DNA from: Candidatus Methylomirabilia bacterium | GTDB lineage: Bacteria; Methylomirabilota; Methylomirabilia; Rokubacteriales; CSP1-6 | Length of the DNA stretch: 64,000 nucleotides | Assembly: GCA_041496385.1 (NCBI GenBank) | Contig: JBGQEL010000008.1 | Coordinates: 22,175 to 86,174 of the forward strand | Reading direction: 5' to 3' | In this document: positions 38,679 to 48,680 of the stretch, in pieces | How the letters are laid out: each line of letters begins with the position of its first letter | How positions within the stretch are numbered: the first letter of the stretch is position 1 | The notes under the pieces: generated by a model | The model's database searches: none | What the model was told of the DNA's origin: nothing | Seen by the model: the letters and a program-made list of their open reading frames with translations, nothing else | Program-made: the position numbers and the translations under genes

Positions 38679-40159
38679 GCCCGGCGCGCTCCGGTCGCGG
38701 CGGCGCGCCCGGCGACGCGGCCGAAGACGGCGCCCGCCATGAGCCCCGCGCCGCCCGGGTAGTTGTGGTAGAAGAGCCCTCCGACCAGCTCGCCCGCGGC
38801 GTAGAGACCCGGAATCGGCCGCTGCTCGCAGTCCACCACCTGGCCGTCCTGCGTGATCTTGAGCCCGCCGAAGGTGAACGTGATGCCCGTCGTGACCGCG
38901 AAGCCGACGTAGGGCGGCGCGTCGAGCGGCAGCGCCCAGTTCGACTTGGGCGGCGTGATCCCGCGCGTGCCCTTGCCGTCCTTCACCGCCGGGTTGTAGG
39001 TCCCCGCCTGGACGGCGGCGTTGTACGCCGTCACCGTGCGCACGAAGCCGTCGACGTCGATCTCGAGCTTGCGCGCGAGTCCCTCGAAGGTGGCGTCCTC
39101 GGCCTTCGTGACCTCGCGGATCCGGTATTCCTCACGCAGCAGGTGGAGCACCTTCTGGTCGAAGATCTGGAACGCGGTGCGCCGCGGCTGCTCGATGACG
39201 GCGCGGCCGTATTTCACGTAGGTGTAGTTGCGGAAGTCGGCCCCCTCGTCCACGAAGCGTTCACCTCGGATATTCACGATGATGCCGACCGGGTAGGAGT
39301 GCTTCTGAAAGTTGTCACCCACCTTCCGGTCGCCGTGCCACGGCGCGTTCAGGTCCCACTGAACGGAGTGACACCCGCTCCAGTGCCCCCACGGCAAGGC
39401 GCCGATCTCGAGCGCCATGCGGATGCCGTCGCCCGTGTTGTACGGCGTACCGCGCACGCGCGCGAGCTCCCAGTTGCGGCCCAGATAGCGCGTGCGCATC
39501 TCCGGGTTCGCCTCGAAGCCGCCGGCGGCGAGCACGACGGCGCGCGTCGAGAGCGTCTCGGTTCCCGCCGGCGTGCGCACGACGACGCCGGTGACCGCGC
39601 CGCGGTCGTCGGTCACGAGCCGCGTCACCTTCGATTCGAACCGCACGTCGATGCCCGCCTTGGCCGCAGAGGTGTACTCCATGTCGATGAGCCCGGGCCC
39701 GCCGCCGACCGCTTCCAGCACGAGGCCGCCCCAGAAGCGGAAGCGGCCGTCGACCTTGTACGCTTGCCGGCCGAACATCGGGATCCAGCGAACACCGCGG
39801 TTCCGCATCCAGCGCACGGTGGCCTGCGATTCGCGCACGAGCAGCATGGCCATGTCGGGGTCTGCGCACTCCTCGGTGACCCGCATCAGATCGTCGTAGA
39901 ACTGCTCCTCGGTGTAGGGGTCGACCTCCATCGAGGCCTTCTCCTCGTCGGAGAGATCGCCCACCAGGTCGCACAGCTCCTCGAAGCTCTTGAATGCGAA
40001 CCGGAAGCCGCCCGCCGTGAAGAAGCCGTTGCCGCCACGCCACGCCTCCGGTGCCTTCTCGAGCACGAGCACGCGACCGCCCACCTCGCGCGCCGAGAGC
40101 GCGGCGCACATCGCGGCGTTGCCGCCGCCCACCACGATGACGTCGTAGGGAGTGCTCAT
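38675..40159 (-). CDS. tcuA: FAD-dependent tricarballylate dehydrogenase-like flavoprotein
   Basis: VVGGGNAA, RGGN, GGFEAN, RFVDEG, TFTFGG, NYPGGAGL. Confidence 0.8.
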   Translation of the reverse strand: MSTPYDVIVVGGGNAAMCAALSAREVGGRVLVLEKAPEAWRGGNGFFTAGGFRFAFKSFEELCDLVGDLSDEEKASMEVDPYTEEQFYDDLMRVTEECADPDMAMLLVRESQATVRWMRNRGVRWIPMFGRQAYKVDGRFRFWGGLVLEAVGGGPGLIDMEYTSAAKAGIDVRFESKVTRLVTDDRGAVTGVVVRTPAGTETLSTRAVVLAAGGFEANPEMRTRYLGRNWELARVRGTPYNTGDGIRMALEIGALPWGHWSGCHSVQWDLNAPWHGDRKVGDNFQKHSYPVGIIVNIRGERFVDEGADFRNYTYVKYGRAVIEQPRRTAFQIFDQKVLHLLREEYRIREVTKAEDATFEGLARKLEIDVDGFVRTVTAYNAAVQAGTYNPAVKDGKGTRGITPPKSNWALPLDAPPYVGFAVTTGITFTFGGLKITQDGQVVDCEQRPIPGLYAAGELVGGLFYHNYPGGAGLMAGAVFGRVAGRAAATGARRA

Positions 40160-40166
40160 GGCGCGC

Positions 40167-40484
40167 CTACTTCGCCACGATCTCGCTGATCTGGACCTGG
40201 GGCGTGATGTTCGTGAAGTTCGGGACGTCGGCGAACAGCTCCTTGCCGTGCGGCGCCATCGCCTTCTGAAAGTCCGCGATCGAGTCGAAGTAGAGGTGGC
40301 CGGCCGCGGCGAACGGCGCGGGCGCGCCCGGCGCGCCGCCGGCCACGCCGCGGTCGACCTCCCAGCGGAGGAGGCCGAGGCTCCCGAGCCGCTGCTGGAC
40401 GAGCGCCATGTGCTTCGACACGTAATAGTCCACGTCGAACTTCTTCCCCTCGCCGGCGGGATACATCACGGAGACGCGAATCAT
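40167..40484 (-). CDS. EthD-family protein
   Basis: VSVMYP, FDVDYY...HM, ADVPNFT..TP.VQIS. Confidence 0.85.
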   Translation of the reverse strand: MIRVSVMYPAGEGKKFDVDYYVSKHMALVQQRLGSLGLLRWEVDRGVAGGAPGAPAPFAAAGHLYFDSIADFQKAMAPHGKELFADVPNFTNITPQVQISEIVAK

Positions 40485-40522
40485 CGGTAACCTCCCCTGG
40501 TGGCGTTTCTCGGTGCCTTCGG

Positions 40523-41002
40523 TCAGTGGACGAACGTCGCGGCGACTCGCCGCGAACGCAGGAAGTACGGGATCCAGATGGCGGCGCTCGCCAGCGAGCG
40601 CCCGATGTCGGTGGCCTCCCGCAGGCTCATCCGCGCCCGGGCCGCGGGGATCGCGCCGGTCGCGGCGAAGTCGCCGACCACGACCGCGAGACCTACCGCG
40701 ATGTAGGCGATGATCATGCGCGGAAAGTTGCGCCGCTTCCGGAAGAAATGATGCACCAGCCATGAGGCCCACACGAGCAGCACGAGATTGACGAGCGCCT
40801 CGCCGACGAGGAGCGGCGCCCAGAACGGATGATAGGCCGGGCCGCCCGGCGTCGTGAGGACACGCCAGGTGTCTGACGTGAAGAGCTTGGCATTGGCGAC
40901 GAGCGTCCTGAGGAGGAGCAGCGGCTGCAGGCACAGCCCGATCGCGACGAGGATCAGCCAGCCACGGATACCCTCGAGACTCTGCGCGCCCCCTGCGGCC
41001 AT
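40523..41002 (-). CDS. Membrane protein (DUF2569-like)
   Basis: GIRGWL, FFRKRRNFP, IWIPYFLRSRRVAATF. Confidence 0.75.
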   Translation of the reverse strand: MAAGGAQSLEGIRGWLILVAIGLCLQPLLLLRTLVANAKLFTSDTWRVLTTPGGPAYHPFWAPLLVGEALVNLVLLVWASWLVHHFFRKRRNFPRMIIAYIAVGLAVVVGDFAATGAIPAARARMSLREATDIGRSLASAAIWIPYFLRSRRVAATFVH

Positions 41003-41068
41003 CGTGACGCCACCGTATGCGCCTGAGCGCAGGGTGTCAAGAACGCGTGGCAGCGGCAGCGTCGCGCG

Positions 41069-41710
41069 TCATCGCGCGACCCGAAGCGTGAAGCGACGTC
41101 CCTGCTCGCTCAGCGTGACACCGTCCTCCCGGATCTCCTCGACGCGCAGCCGGCCATCGATCAGGTCGCCTTCGACATACTTGTGTCCGCTGATGAAGAT
41201 CATTCTCCGCGCTGGGGCGTCCGAGTACACCAATGCCTCGACCTTCAGCTCGGCCGGTTCCCGCGGAGCCGGCGGCGCAGCGGGCGTGACGGGCGGAGTG
41301 ACGGCTGGCTCCTGCGGAGTGGCCGGCGCCGCGGGCACAACGGACGGCGGCACCGCTGGCTCCGGTGCTCTCCGGGCAGCCGAGGTAGGCTGCCGAGCCG
41401 CGGGCGCTGATGGTGGGGGCTGCGGCGGCGCAGTGGTTGGTATTCGGTCTGGCCTCAGCCGCGGAGGCTGTGCTTGCTCGGGCACGGCGACCGGCGTGAG
41501 TGGCGCCGGGGCGGGGACGAAACGAAGCCACGCCACCAGCACCCCGGCAAGCAGGAGGGCATTCAGCCCGAGTGCGACGAGCAGGCGGGCCGACAAGCGA
41601 GTCCAGGCCGAGCTCCGCGTCGGGGCCGGCCTCAGAAGCCGCTGTAGCGCCGACGCCTGTCCGTCTCGGGCCTTCGCCGCCTTCGTGAGCGCATCGAGAA
41701 TGTACGACAT
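41069..41710 (-). CDS. exeB: GspB/ExeB type II secretion accessory protein
   Basis: MSYILDAL, TM, Pro-rich linker, YS...R..FI.G...EGD. Confidence 0.8.
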   Translation of the reverse strand: MSYILDALTKAAKARDGQASALQRLLRPAPTRSSAWTRLSARLLVALGLNALLLAGVLVAWLRFVPAPAPLTPVAVPEQAQPPRLRPDRIPTTAPPQPPPSAPAARQPTSAARRAPEPAVPPSVVPAAPATPQEPAVTPPVTPAAPPAPREPAELKVEALVYSDAPARRMIFISGHKYVEGDLIDGRLRVEEIREDGVTLSEQGRRFTLRVAR

Positions 41711-41712
41711 GA

Positions 41713-43347
41713 CTACCGCCGACCTCCGGAGACGAGCGCGGGGGCCTTCGAACCCGGCATCATTGCGGCGAGCCGGACGAGTGTCTCCTCACCCGCAATC
41801 CCGTCGGGCGTCAACGACTCGGCCTGCTGGAAGGCCGCGACCTGTCGTTTCAGATCCTCGTCGTAGACCTGGCTCGCGCCTGCCGACACCGGCTGGCCCG
41901 CGATCTCGACGAGTGTCTGGCGGAGCCAGAGGACGTCCCTGCCTCGCATCCCGGGAGCGAGCGGTATGGGACCCGCAACCGGCGGCTTCCAGATCATCAC
42001 GAACGGACCGTCCCACAAGCGCTCGATCTCGACGGTCGTCACCACGAGCCGGTGCTCGCCGATCTGGAGCGTCGCCCGCTCGCCGTCCAGATCGGTCAGG
42101 ACCACGTACTGCTCCTCGCCCCCGCGTGCGCGGAGCGGGAGGATCGCCGGAAGACTGAAGCGACGCAGCACCGTCCACGTGCCCGCGCGGAGCACACACC
42201 GAAGGCCGGCCTGGTGCCCGTACTCGCACCCGAGGTTCGTGACGTTGGGACGGACATCCAGGTGCCAGAGCGCGTAGAGGTTCGCGAAGGCGGTCGTCTT
42301 GTCGGTGTTGACCGAGGGGGTCGTCAGGATCTCGGCGAGCGTCGGCTCGGCCGGCTTCTCCAAGACAGTTTGCGCGACCGGTGGCGCGGGAATCGAATCG
42401 GCTGCCCGGCTTCCAGGTACCGGAATTCCGATGAGGGCGAGGCCCGCCGACCCGAGCACCGCGAAGGCGACGCCTGCGGCCACGAGCAGTGTGGCTGTCG
42501 CCGTCGCCACGATGCGGCGGCGGCTCCGCGGCGACCGGCCGAGCACTTCCCTCCCCGCTCGACGTACGATCGCCGCCGTCACACGGTCCTGTCCGACGGC
42601 GTATGCGCCAAGCAGGGCCCGGTCACAAATGGTGTTGAGCAGCCGCGGGACGCCGCCGGAGAGGTGATGGGCAAGGCGCAGGGCCGCCCTATCGAAGAGC
42701 GGCTTCTGCCGGCCCGCGACCTCCAGCCGATGCTGCACGTACGCGCGCGACTCCTCCTCGGTGAAGGGCCGCAAGTGACAGCGCGCGGTCACCCGCTGCG
42801 CCAGTTGACGGAGCTCCGGCCGGGCGAGGATATCCGCCAGCTCCGGCTGGCCGATCAAAATCACCTGAAGGAGCTTCTCCCGCGTCGTCTCGAGATTCGT
42901 CAGCAGCCGGATCTCCTCCAGCACTTCCGGGCTCAAGTTCTGCGCCTCGTCGATGATCAGCACCGTCCGACGGCCACGGCCGTGAGCGTCGAGCAGCGCC
43001 TGGGATAGCGCATCGACCAGGATCTTGGGGCTCGTGGTGCCCGCGGGGTAGACGATCCGGAACTCGTCGCACGCGGCCGCAAGCAGCTCGACAGACGTCA
43101 GGCGCGGATTGAAAATCATGGCGACATCCACGTCGTCCGGCAGTTGCTCGAGCAGGGTGCGGCAGACCGTGGTCTTCCCGGTGCCGACCTCGCCCGTCAG
43201 CTGCACGAAGCTGCCCCCCTCCCCGATCCCGTAGAGCAGATGGGCGAGGGCCTCGCGGTGAGCATCGCTCAGGTAGAAGTAGCGTGGATCGGGCGCAAGC
43301 GAGAACGGCCGCTCGGTGAGCCCGAAGTGTGGCGCATACATGGACAT
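41713..43347 (-). CDS. exeA: ExeA/GspA AAA ATPase with peptidoglycan-binding domain
   Basis: GEVGTGKTT, IIDEAQNL, LIGQPEL, GGVPRLLN, FQ...LTPDGIAG. Confidence 0.9.
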   Translation of the reverse strand: MSMYAPHFGLTERPFSLAPDPRYFYLSDAHREALAHLLYGIGEGGSFVQLTGEVGTGKTTVCRTLLEQLPDDVDVAMIFNPRLTSVELLAAACDEFRIVYPAGTTSPKILVDALSQALLDAHGRGRRTVLIIDEAQNLSPEVLEEIRLLTNLETTREKLLQVILIGQPELADILARPELRQLAQRVTARCHLRPFTEEESRAYVQHRLEVAGRQKPLFDRAALRLAHHLSGGVPRLLNTICDRALLGAYAVGQDRVTAAIVRRAGREVLGRSPRSRRRIVATATATLLVAAGVAFAVLGSAGLALIGIPVPGSRAADSIPAPPVAQTVLEKPAEPTLAEILTTPSVNTDKTTAFANLYALWHLDVRPNVTNLGCEYGHQAGLRCVLRAGTWTVLRRFSLPAILPLRARGGEEQYVVLTDLDGERATLQIGEHRLVVTTVEIERLWDGPFVMIWKPPVAGPIPLAPGMRGRDVLWLRQTLVEIAGQPVSAGASQVYDEDLKRQVAAFQQAESLTPDGIAGEETLVRLAAMMPGSKAPALVSGGRR

Positions 43348-43350
43348 ATC

Positions 43351-44145
43351 CTACGTCGTCCGGACTCCGCTCCCCTTCGCCACGCGCAGCATCTCGATCA
43401 GCACCTCACGGCTCTGCGCGGAGGTCGTGACCTCGCGCGGAAACGGGATCCGCACGCTCGACAGGCGCGGCCCTTGCCGAAGCCTCAGCTTGAAGCCCAG
43501 GCGGTCCACGGACACCATCGTGGCCTCGTCGGCCGCCTCGCCCGCGAAGTGGCGCGCGTAGGCGACGAGCGCATCGGCGTGGTCGCGGTTCATGTGCTCG
43601 GCGATGCCCGCGGCCGCGTCGGCGAGCGGATCGGGGCGCGCGGCCGCGTAGTCCGCGGACGTCACCCAGTCCATCGCCGCGAAGCCGCCGACGAAGTAGG
43701 CGTCGAGCACCTCGAGCCGCCGGAAGCCGAAGTCGTCGAAGTCCACCCAGTAACCGGCCTTCTCGTGACGCGCGAGGTAGGCGGCGCGCGCCGCCGGCAC
43801 CTCGTCGCCCTTCAGGACGCGCGCCTCACCCATGAGCGTGAGCCGCGCCGCCGCGAGCGGGTCGACCGAGGCGTCCGGCTGCGTCACGAGCAGGCTCGCC
43901 CGAGGGTCGGCCTGGAGGTTCTGCGTGTGCATCGCCATCGTGCTGATGAGGAAGAGCGGCCGCCCGCGATCGTCGAGCGCGTAGGGCATGAGCGAGGCGA
44001 ACGGGTGACCCGCCCGCTTTCGCGACACCGTCGCGAGCGCACCCGTGCGCCCGAGATGCGCGAGCGTCCGCGCGCGCTCGGCGTACGTGGGCTCGGGGAT
44101 CGGCGGCGCGTCGCTCCCCCGGGGCGGTCCGGCGTGGCGGTTCAC
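43351..44145 (-). CDS. HugZ / pyridoxamine 5'-phosphate oxidase family protein
   Basis: HTQNLQADPRASL, VGGFA, HMNRDH; GTG overlaps SDR stop. Confidence 0.82.
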   Translation of the reverse strand: MNRHAGPPRGSDAPPIPEPTYAERARTLAHLGRTGALATVSRKRAGHPFASLMPYALDDRGRPLFLISTMAMHTQNLQADPRASLLVTQPDASVDPLAAARLTLMGEARVLKGDEVPAARAAYLARHEKAGYWVDFDDFGFRRLEVLDAYFVGGFAAMDWVTSADYAAARPDPLADAAAGIAEHMNRDHADALVAYARHFAGEAADEATMVSVDRLGFKLRLRQGPRLSSVRIPFPREVTTSAQSREVLIEMLRVAKGSGVRTT

Positions 44146-44894
44146 TGCGCCGTCCACCCTCCGTCGATCACGAGCTCGCTGCCGGTCACGAAGGCTGACT
44201 CGTCCGACGCCAGGTACAGGACGCCGTACGCCACGTCGTCGGGCTCGCCATACCGCCCGAGCGGAATACGCGACACCATGCGCTGGTAGACAGCGGGGTC
44301 GGCACGGCGGCGCTCCGTCATCGGCGTGACGATGGGGCCGGGGTGCACCGAGTTGCACCGGATGCGCTCACCGGCGTACTGCACCGCCGTGAGCTTCGTG
44401 AGCAGCCGCACCGCGCCCTTGGAGGCCTGGTACTGCGGGCTGCTGTCGTCCATGCCGACCAGGCCGAGCTGCGAGGAGATGTTCACGATCGAGCCCCCTC
44501 CTGCCGCGCGCATGGCGGGAATGACCGCCTCGCTGCCGAGGAACACGCCCTTGGCGTTGACGTCCATCACCCGATCCCACGCCTCGACGCTGGTGTCCTC
44601 CAGCCGGCCCGCGCCCCCGATGCCCGCGTTGTTGACGAGGACGTCGAGCCTGCCGAACCGGCTCACCGCCGTGGCAACGGCCTGCTGCCAGTCGCGCTCG
44701 CTCGTCACGTCGAGCCGGACGTAGATGGCCTCGCCGCCCTTGGCCCGGACGTCGGCTTCCACGGCGCGACCCTCCGGGTCGAGGATGTCGCCGATGACGA
44801 CACGCGCGCCCTCGCGCGCGAAGAGCCGGGCCTCGGCCGCGCCCAGGCCGCGCGCGCCGCCGCTGATCAACGCCACCTTGCCCGCGAGCCGCAT
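44142..44894 (-). CDS. Short-chain dehydrogenase/reductase
   Basis: GGARGLG, NNAG, YQASK, VIDGG. Confidence 0.92.
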   Translation of the reverse strand: MRLAGKVALISGGARGLGAAEARLFAREGARVVIGDILDPEGRAVEADVRAKGGEAIYVRLDVTSERDWQQAVATAVSRFGRLDVLVNNAGIGGAGRLEDTSVEAWDRVMDVNAKGVFLGSEAVIPAMRAAGGGSIVNISSQLGLVGMDDSSPQYQASKGAVRLLTKLTAVQYAGERIRCNSVHPGPIVTPMTERRRADPAVYQRMVSRIPLGRYGEPDDVAYGVLYLASDESAFVTGSELVIDGGWTAQ

Positions 44895-44907
44895 CGTGGT
44901 CTCCGGG

Positions 44908-47844
44908 TTACTCGCGCGTCGCCGTGAACGGGCAGATCTGGTTGTACGCGCAGTAGCGGCAGGCGTTGTAGGACGGCGTGGCCTCGAACGCGCGCGCCCG
45001 GATGCCGGCGGCGGCGGCCCGCACCTCGACGCGCGCCTCCTCGAGATCGTCCTCGTCCGGCGTGTGGCGTCCGACCAGGTTGGCCTCGAGAAAGCGCAGC
45101 TCGACCTGCTTCGGGAGCGCGCCCGTCATCTCGCGCCAGGCGAGCGCGTAGATCTTGAGCTGCAGGCTGTCGGCCGCGCGCCGGTCGGCGACCTTCTGCG
45201 TCGCGACGTCGCCCGTCTTGTAGTCGATGATCGTGGCGCCGAAGAGGTCCTCGTCCACACGGTCGAAGCGACCGCGGACCCGATCGACGTCGAGCGTGAA
45301 GCCGAATTCCTTCTCGATGTAGGTGGGCTTGGCGCCGCCCGCCTCTTCCTCGTGCCAGAAACGGGTCATCGCTCTGGTGCCCGCCGCCTTGCGCGCCTCC
45401 TCGTGCTCCCACGTGAGGAAGCCCTGGTTGTCCCACTCGCGCTCGTACACCGCCAGCAGATCCTCGAGCGACGTGTAGTTGCCCGCCGTTCGGCGGAGCA
45501 GGTAGTGCTCGACGACCTTGTGGATCGTGCTGCCGTACACGACGGTATGGTGACGCAGGATCGGCACGCGCAGCAGGTGGACGTACCGGTACTTCAGGGG
45601 ACAGGTCTGATAGTCGTCCACCTGCTTGTGGCTGATCAGCAGCTCCTGCTCCGGCGGGATCGGCGCCAGCCGGCCCGTCTCGGGCTCGACGGGCGGCGCG
45701 AAGCGCTCGATCTCCTCGACGGCCCTGCCCTTGAAGGGCCGCGCGGCGTTCTTCGGCAGATCCAGCGCCTCCAGCACGAACTGGCTCACCTTCCGCGCGC
45801 GCGCGCCGCCGTAGTCGCGCGCGCTCGTGAAATAGAGCTCCCGCTTGGCCCGCGTCATGCCGACGTAGAAGAGCCGCCGCTCTTCCTGCTGGTGGAAGTC
45901 ACCCGTCGGCAGCGTCTCCTTGATCAGCTCGGCCGGGACCTCGAGCGCCTCCCGGCGGCGGCGCAGCGGGAACTTCTCCTGGACCAGGTTGACCAGGAAG
46001 ACCACGGGGAATTCGAGCCCCTTCGCCTTGTGGACCGTGAGCACGCGCACCGCCGGCGTCTCGACGTCCGCTTCGGCGACGGCCGGGTCCTCGCCCGCGT
46101 CGATCAGCGCGTCGAGGTGCTTCACGAATTCACCCACGTTGTCGTAGCGCAGCGCCCGTGAGGCGTCCCGGATACGTCCGAAGAACTTCGAGATGTTCTG
46201 AACCTCGGCCTCGTCGCGCGCCGTCGCCGCCTTCGACATGCGCGCGAGCCAGCCCGAGTCCACGAGGAACTGGTAGAGCAGCTCGCCCGTCGGCAGCTCG
46301 CGCGCGAGCTCCATGTACCGCGTGAGGTCGGCGACGAGCCGCCGGATCGCCTCGCGCCCCTCCTCCTCCAGCTCGTCGCGCAGCTCGCGGATCTCCTCCG
46401 CCCGCCGGAAGACGTCGAAGAGCAAGCGGTGGCGACGGTCGGAGTACGTGGCGCAGCGGGTCAGGTCGACGATGGGCACCTGGTAGATGTCGGATGACGC
46501 CAGATAGTGCAGGCTCACCGACTCGTCGGGATGCGCGACCGCGCGAAGAAACGCGATGAGCAGGCGGATCTCGGGCCGGCCATAGAGTCCGGCATTGCCC
46601 GAGAAGGTCCACGGGACCCCGCGGAGGTTGAAGGAGCGGAGGAACTGGTCGGCGTCCCCGTTCGAGCGTACGAGCACCGCGACGTCGTCGTACCGCCATT
46701 CCTTCGCCTCGACGCGCTCGCGGATGAGCTGGGCGACCGCGTCGGCTTCCTGGCTGGCCGTCTCGTAGTGGAGATGCTGCGGCTCGGGGCCGGCGGGCTC
46801 CCGTACCGCGGCGAGCTTCTTGCTGACCCCGTATCGGCGTCCCTCCTCGCTCTCCTCGAGCCGGTCGGGGTTGTTGAGGATGAGGCGGTACGCCGCGTCG
46901 AGGATGCGGTGGTGCGAACGGTAGTTCTCCGTGAGGACCACGACGCGCGCCTGCGGGAATTGCTGGAGAAAGCCCCGAAAGTTCGACACGGCGGCGCCGC
47001 GCCAGCGATAGATGGCCTGGTTGTCGTCGCCGACCGCCGCGACGTTCGCATGGCGGGCCGCCAGCAGCTTCACGATCTCGAACTGCGCCCAGTTCGTATC
47101 CTGGAACTCGTCCACCAAGATGTACTTGAAGCGCCGCTGGTAGTTGCCGAGCACGTTGCGGCGCTCGCGCAGCAGGCGGAGCGCGTGGACGATCTGGTCA
47201 CCGAAGTCGATCCCGCCGCTCGCGGCCATCAGCTCCTGATACTTCGCGTACGTCCGCGCGAGCTCGAGCTGCTGCGCCGCGCGCTCGGCGAGTCCGACGT
47301 CCTCCGGCGCCGCCGCGGCGCCGGCCCCCAGGCGTTCGGCCTGCGTCAGGTACCCCTCGGCGGTGATGTCCTCGTCCTTGCAGCGGCTGATCAAGGTGAT
47401 CATCGCCTGGATGTGTCGCGTCGGATCGCCGAGCGGCCGGTAGCGCTCGAGCGGGAACTGGAAGAGCCGGTCACGAAAGAAGATGACCTGCTCGGCGCGG
47501 TTCAGGACGCGAAAGTCGGGCTGGAGCCCGAGCTCGAGCGCGTGCTCGCGGAGCAGCCGGTCGCCGAAGGCGTGGAAGGTCGCGATCTCGACGTCCGCGT
47601 ACCCGTAGGGCACGAGCTGATCGACGCGCTCTTCCATCTCGGCCGCGGCCTTGTCGGTGAACGTGAGCGCGAGGATCTCCTCTGGGCGCGCCTTCTTCCG
47701 TGCGATGAGCCAGGCGATGCGACGCGTGATCGCGGTGGTCTTGCCCGTGCCCGCGCCGGCGATGATGAGGAGGGGGCCGACGTCGTGGGTGACGGCCTCG
47801 CGCTGCGCGTCGTTCAGGCCGTCGAGGATGCGGTCACCCGCCAT
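44908..47844 (-). CDS. UvrD/PcrA-type helicase fused to PD-(D/E)XK nuclease
   Basis: AGAGTGKT, VDEFQD, ENYRS, TVHKAKGLEF, YVGMTRAK; C-terminal GRFDR..IIDYKT with four Cys. Confidence 0.9.
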   Translation of the reverse strand: MAGDRILDGLNDAQREAVTHDVGPLLIIAGAGTGKTTAITRRIAWLIARKKARPEEILALTFTDKAAAEMEERVDQLVPYGYADVEIATFHAFGDRLLREHALELGLQPDFRVLNRAEQVIFFRDRLFQFPLERYRPLGDPTRHIQAMITLISRCKDEDITAEGYLTQAERLGAGAAAAPEDVGLAERAAQQLELARTYAKYQELMAASGGIDFGDQIVHALRLLRERRNVLGNYQRRFKYILVDEFQDTNWAQFEIVKLLAARHANVAAVGDDNQAIYRWRGAAVSNFRGFLQQFPQARVVVLTENYRSHHRILDAAYRLILNNPDRLEESEEGRRYGVSKKLAAVREPAGPEPQHLHYETASQEADAVAQLIRERVEAKEWRYDDVAVLVRSNGDADQFLRSFNLRGVPWTFSGNAGLYGRPEIRLLIAFLRAVAHPDESVSLHYLASSDIYQVPIVDLTRCATYSDRRHRLLFDVFRRAEEIRELRDELEEEGREAIRRLVADLTRYMELARELPTGELLYQFLVDSGWLARMSKAATARDEAEVQNISKFFGRIRDASRALRYDNVGEFVKHLDALIDAGEDPAVAEADVETPAVRVLTVHKAKGLEFPVVFLVNLVQEKFPLRRRREALEVPAELIKETLPTGDFHQQEERRLFYVGMTRAKRELYFTSARDYGGARARKVSQFVLEALDLPKNAARPFKGRAVEEIERFAPPVEPETGRLAPIPPEQELLISHKQVDDYQTCPLKYRYVHLLRVPILRHHTVVYGSTIHKVVEHYLLRRTAGNYTSLEDLLAVYEREWDNQGFLTWEHEEARKAAGTRAMTRFWHEEEAGGAKPTYIEKEFGFTLDVDRVRGRFDRVDEDLFGATIIDYKTGDVATQKVADRRAADSLQLKIYALAWREMTGALPKQVELRFLEANLVGRHTPDEDDLEEARVEVRAAAAGIRARAFEATPSYNACRYCAYNQICPFTATRE

Positions 47845-47855
47845 GCCGCTCCTGA

Positions 47856-48680
47856 CTATACACGACCCAGCGCCGCCAGCAGGATCGTCAGCGTGACCAC
47901 GCTCGCGAGCGTCGAGACCACCACGCTCGCCGAGACGAGCGCCGGGCGCGCGTCGAACTCCAGCGCCCAGAGGAACGCGACGACGGCCGTCGGCGTGCTG
48001 GCCTGGAGCACCGCCACCGCGAGCGCCGTGCCCTCGAGCCCCACCAGTCGGCCCGTGAGCCAGGCGACCGGTGGCGCCACCAGCAGGCGAATGACCGTCG
48101 CCACGACGGCCCCGGCCGCCTCGGCGCGGAACGAGAGCCGGGCAAGCTGAAGGCCGAGGAGGAGCAGCAGCACGGCCACCGAGCCGTTCGCGAGAAGCTG
48201 ACTCGCCTTGGCGACGGGCGCGGGCAGCGTCCCACCCGTGAGGTTCACGAGCACGCCCGCGGCGAGAGCGTACGTGATCGGCAGACGCGGGAGCCGCCGG
48301 AGGGCTCCGCGGGCGCTCGCACGCGCGTGGGCCGCGATGAACACGCCGAGCGTGTGCGTGTGGAGCGCACTCAGCGCAAACCAGCCGCCCGCGATCGCGA
48401 GCCCTGAGGGCCCGAAGGCGAAGAGCGCGAGCGGGAGCCCGAGACTGCCGGTGTTGGGGAACAGGCACGCGAACAGCAGCGCGCTGCGCGACGGGCCCCG
48501 CCAGCCAGCGAGCTTGGCGGCGAAGAGCGTGAGCGCGCAGACCGTGGCGACCTGGAGCATGACGTGCAGGACCATCCGGCCGAGGAGCGCGCGCGGCAGC
48601 GCGGCGCGCGCCAGCGAGTCGAAGACGACGCCGGGAAGCAGCACGGAGACGGAGAGGGCCGAGATCGGCGCTCGACGGTC
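47856..48680 (-). CDS. AEC-family transporter, apparently 5'-truncated
   Basis: FPNTGSLGLP, RLLVAP, TPTAV; no in-frame start or first TM helix after the kinase stop. Confidence 0.7.
   Translation of the reverse strand, partial: DRRAPISALSVSVLLPGVVFDSLARAALPRALLGRMVLHVMLQVATVCALTLFAAKLAGWRGPSRSALLFACLFPNTGSLGLPLALFAFGPSGLAIAGGWFALSALHTHTLGVFIAAHARASARGALRRLPRLPITYALAAGVLVNLTGGTLPAPVAKASQLLANGSVAVLLLLLGLQLARLSFRAEAAGAVVATVIRLLVAPPVAWLTGRLVGLEGTALAVAVLQASTPTAVVAFLWALEFDARPALVSASVVVSTLASVVTLTILLAALGRV

Noticed and set aside
36121..47844. DinG and helicase-nuclease as CRISPR type IV or anti-phage defence genes
   Set aside because: No cas genes, array or defence context; neighbours are housekeeping genes.
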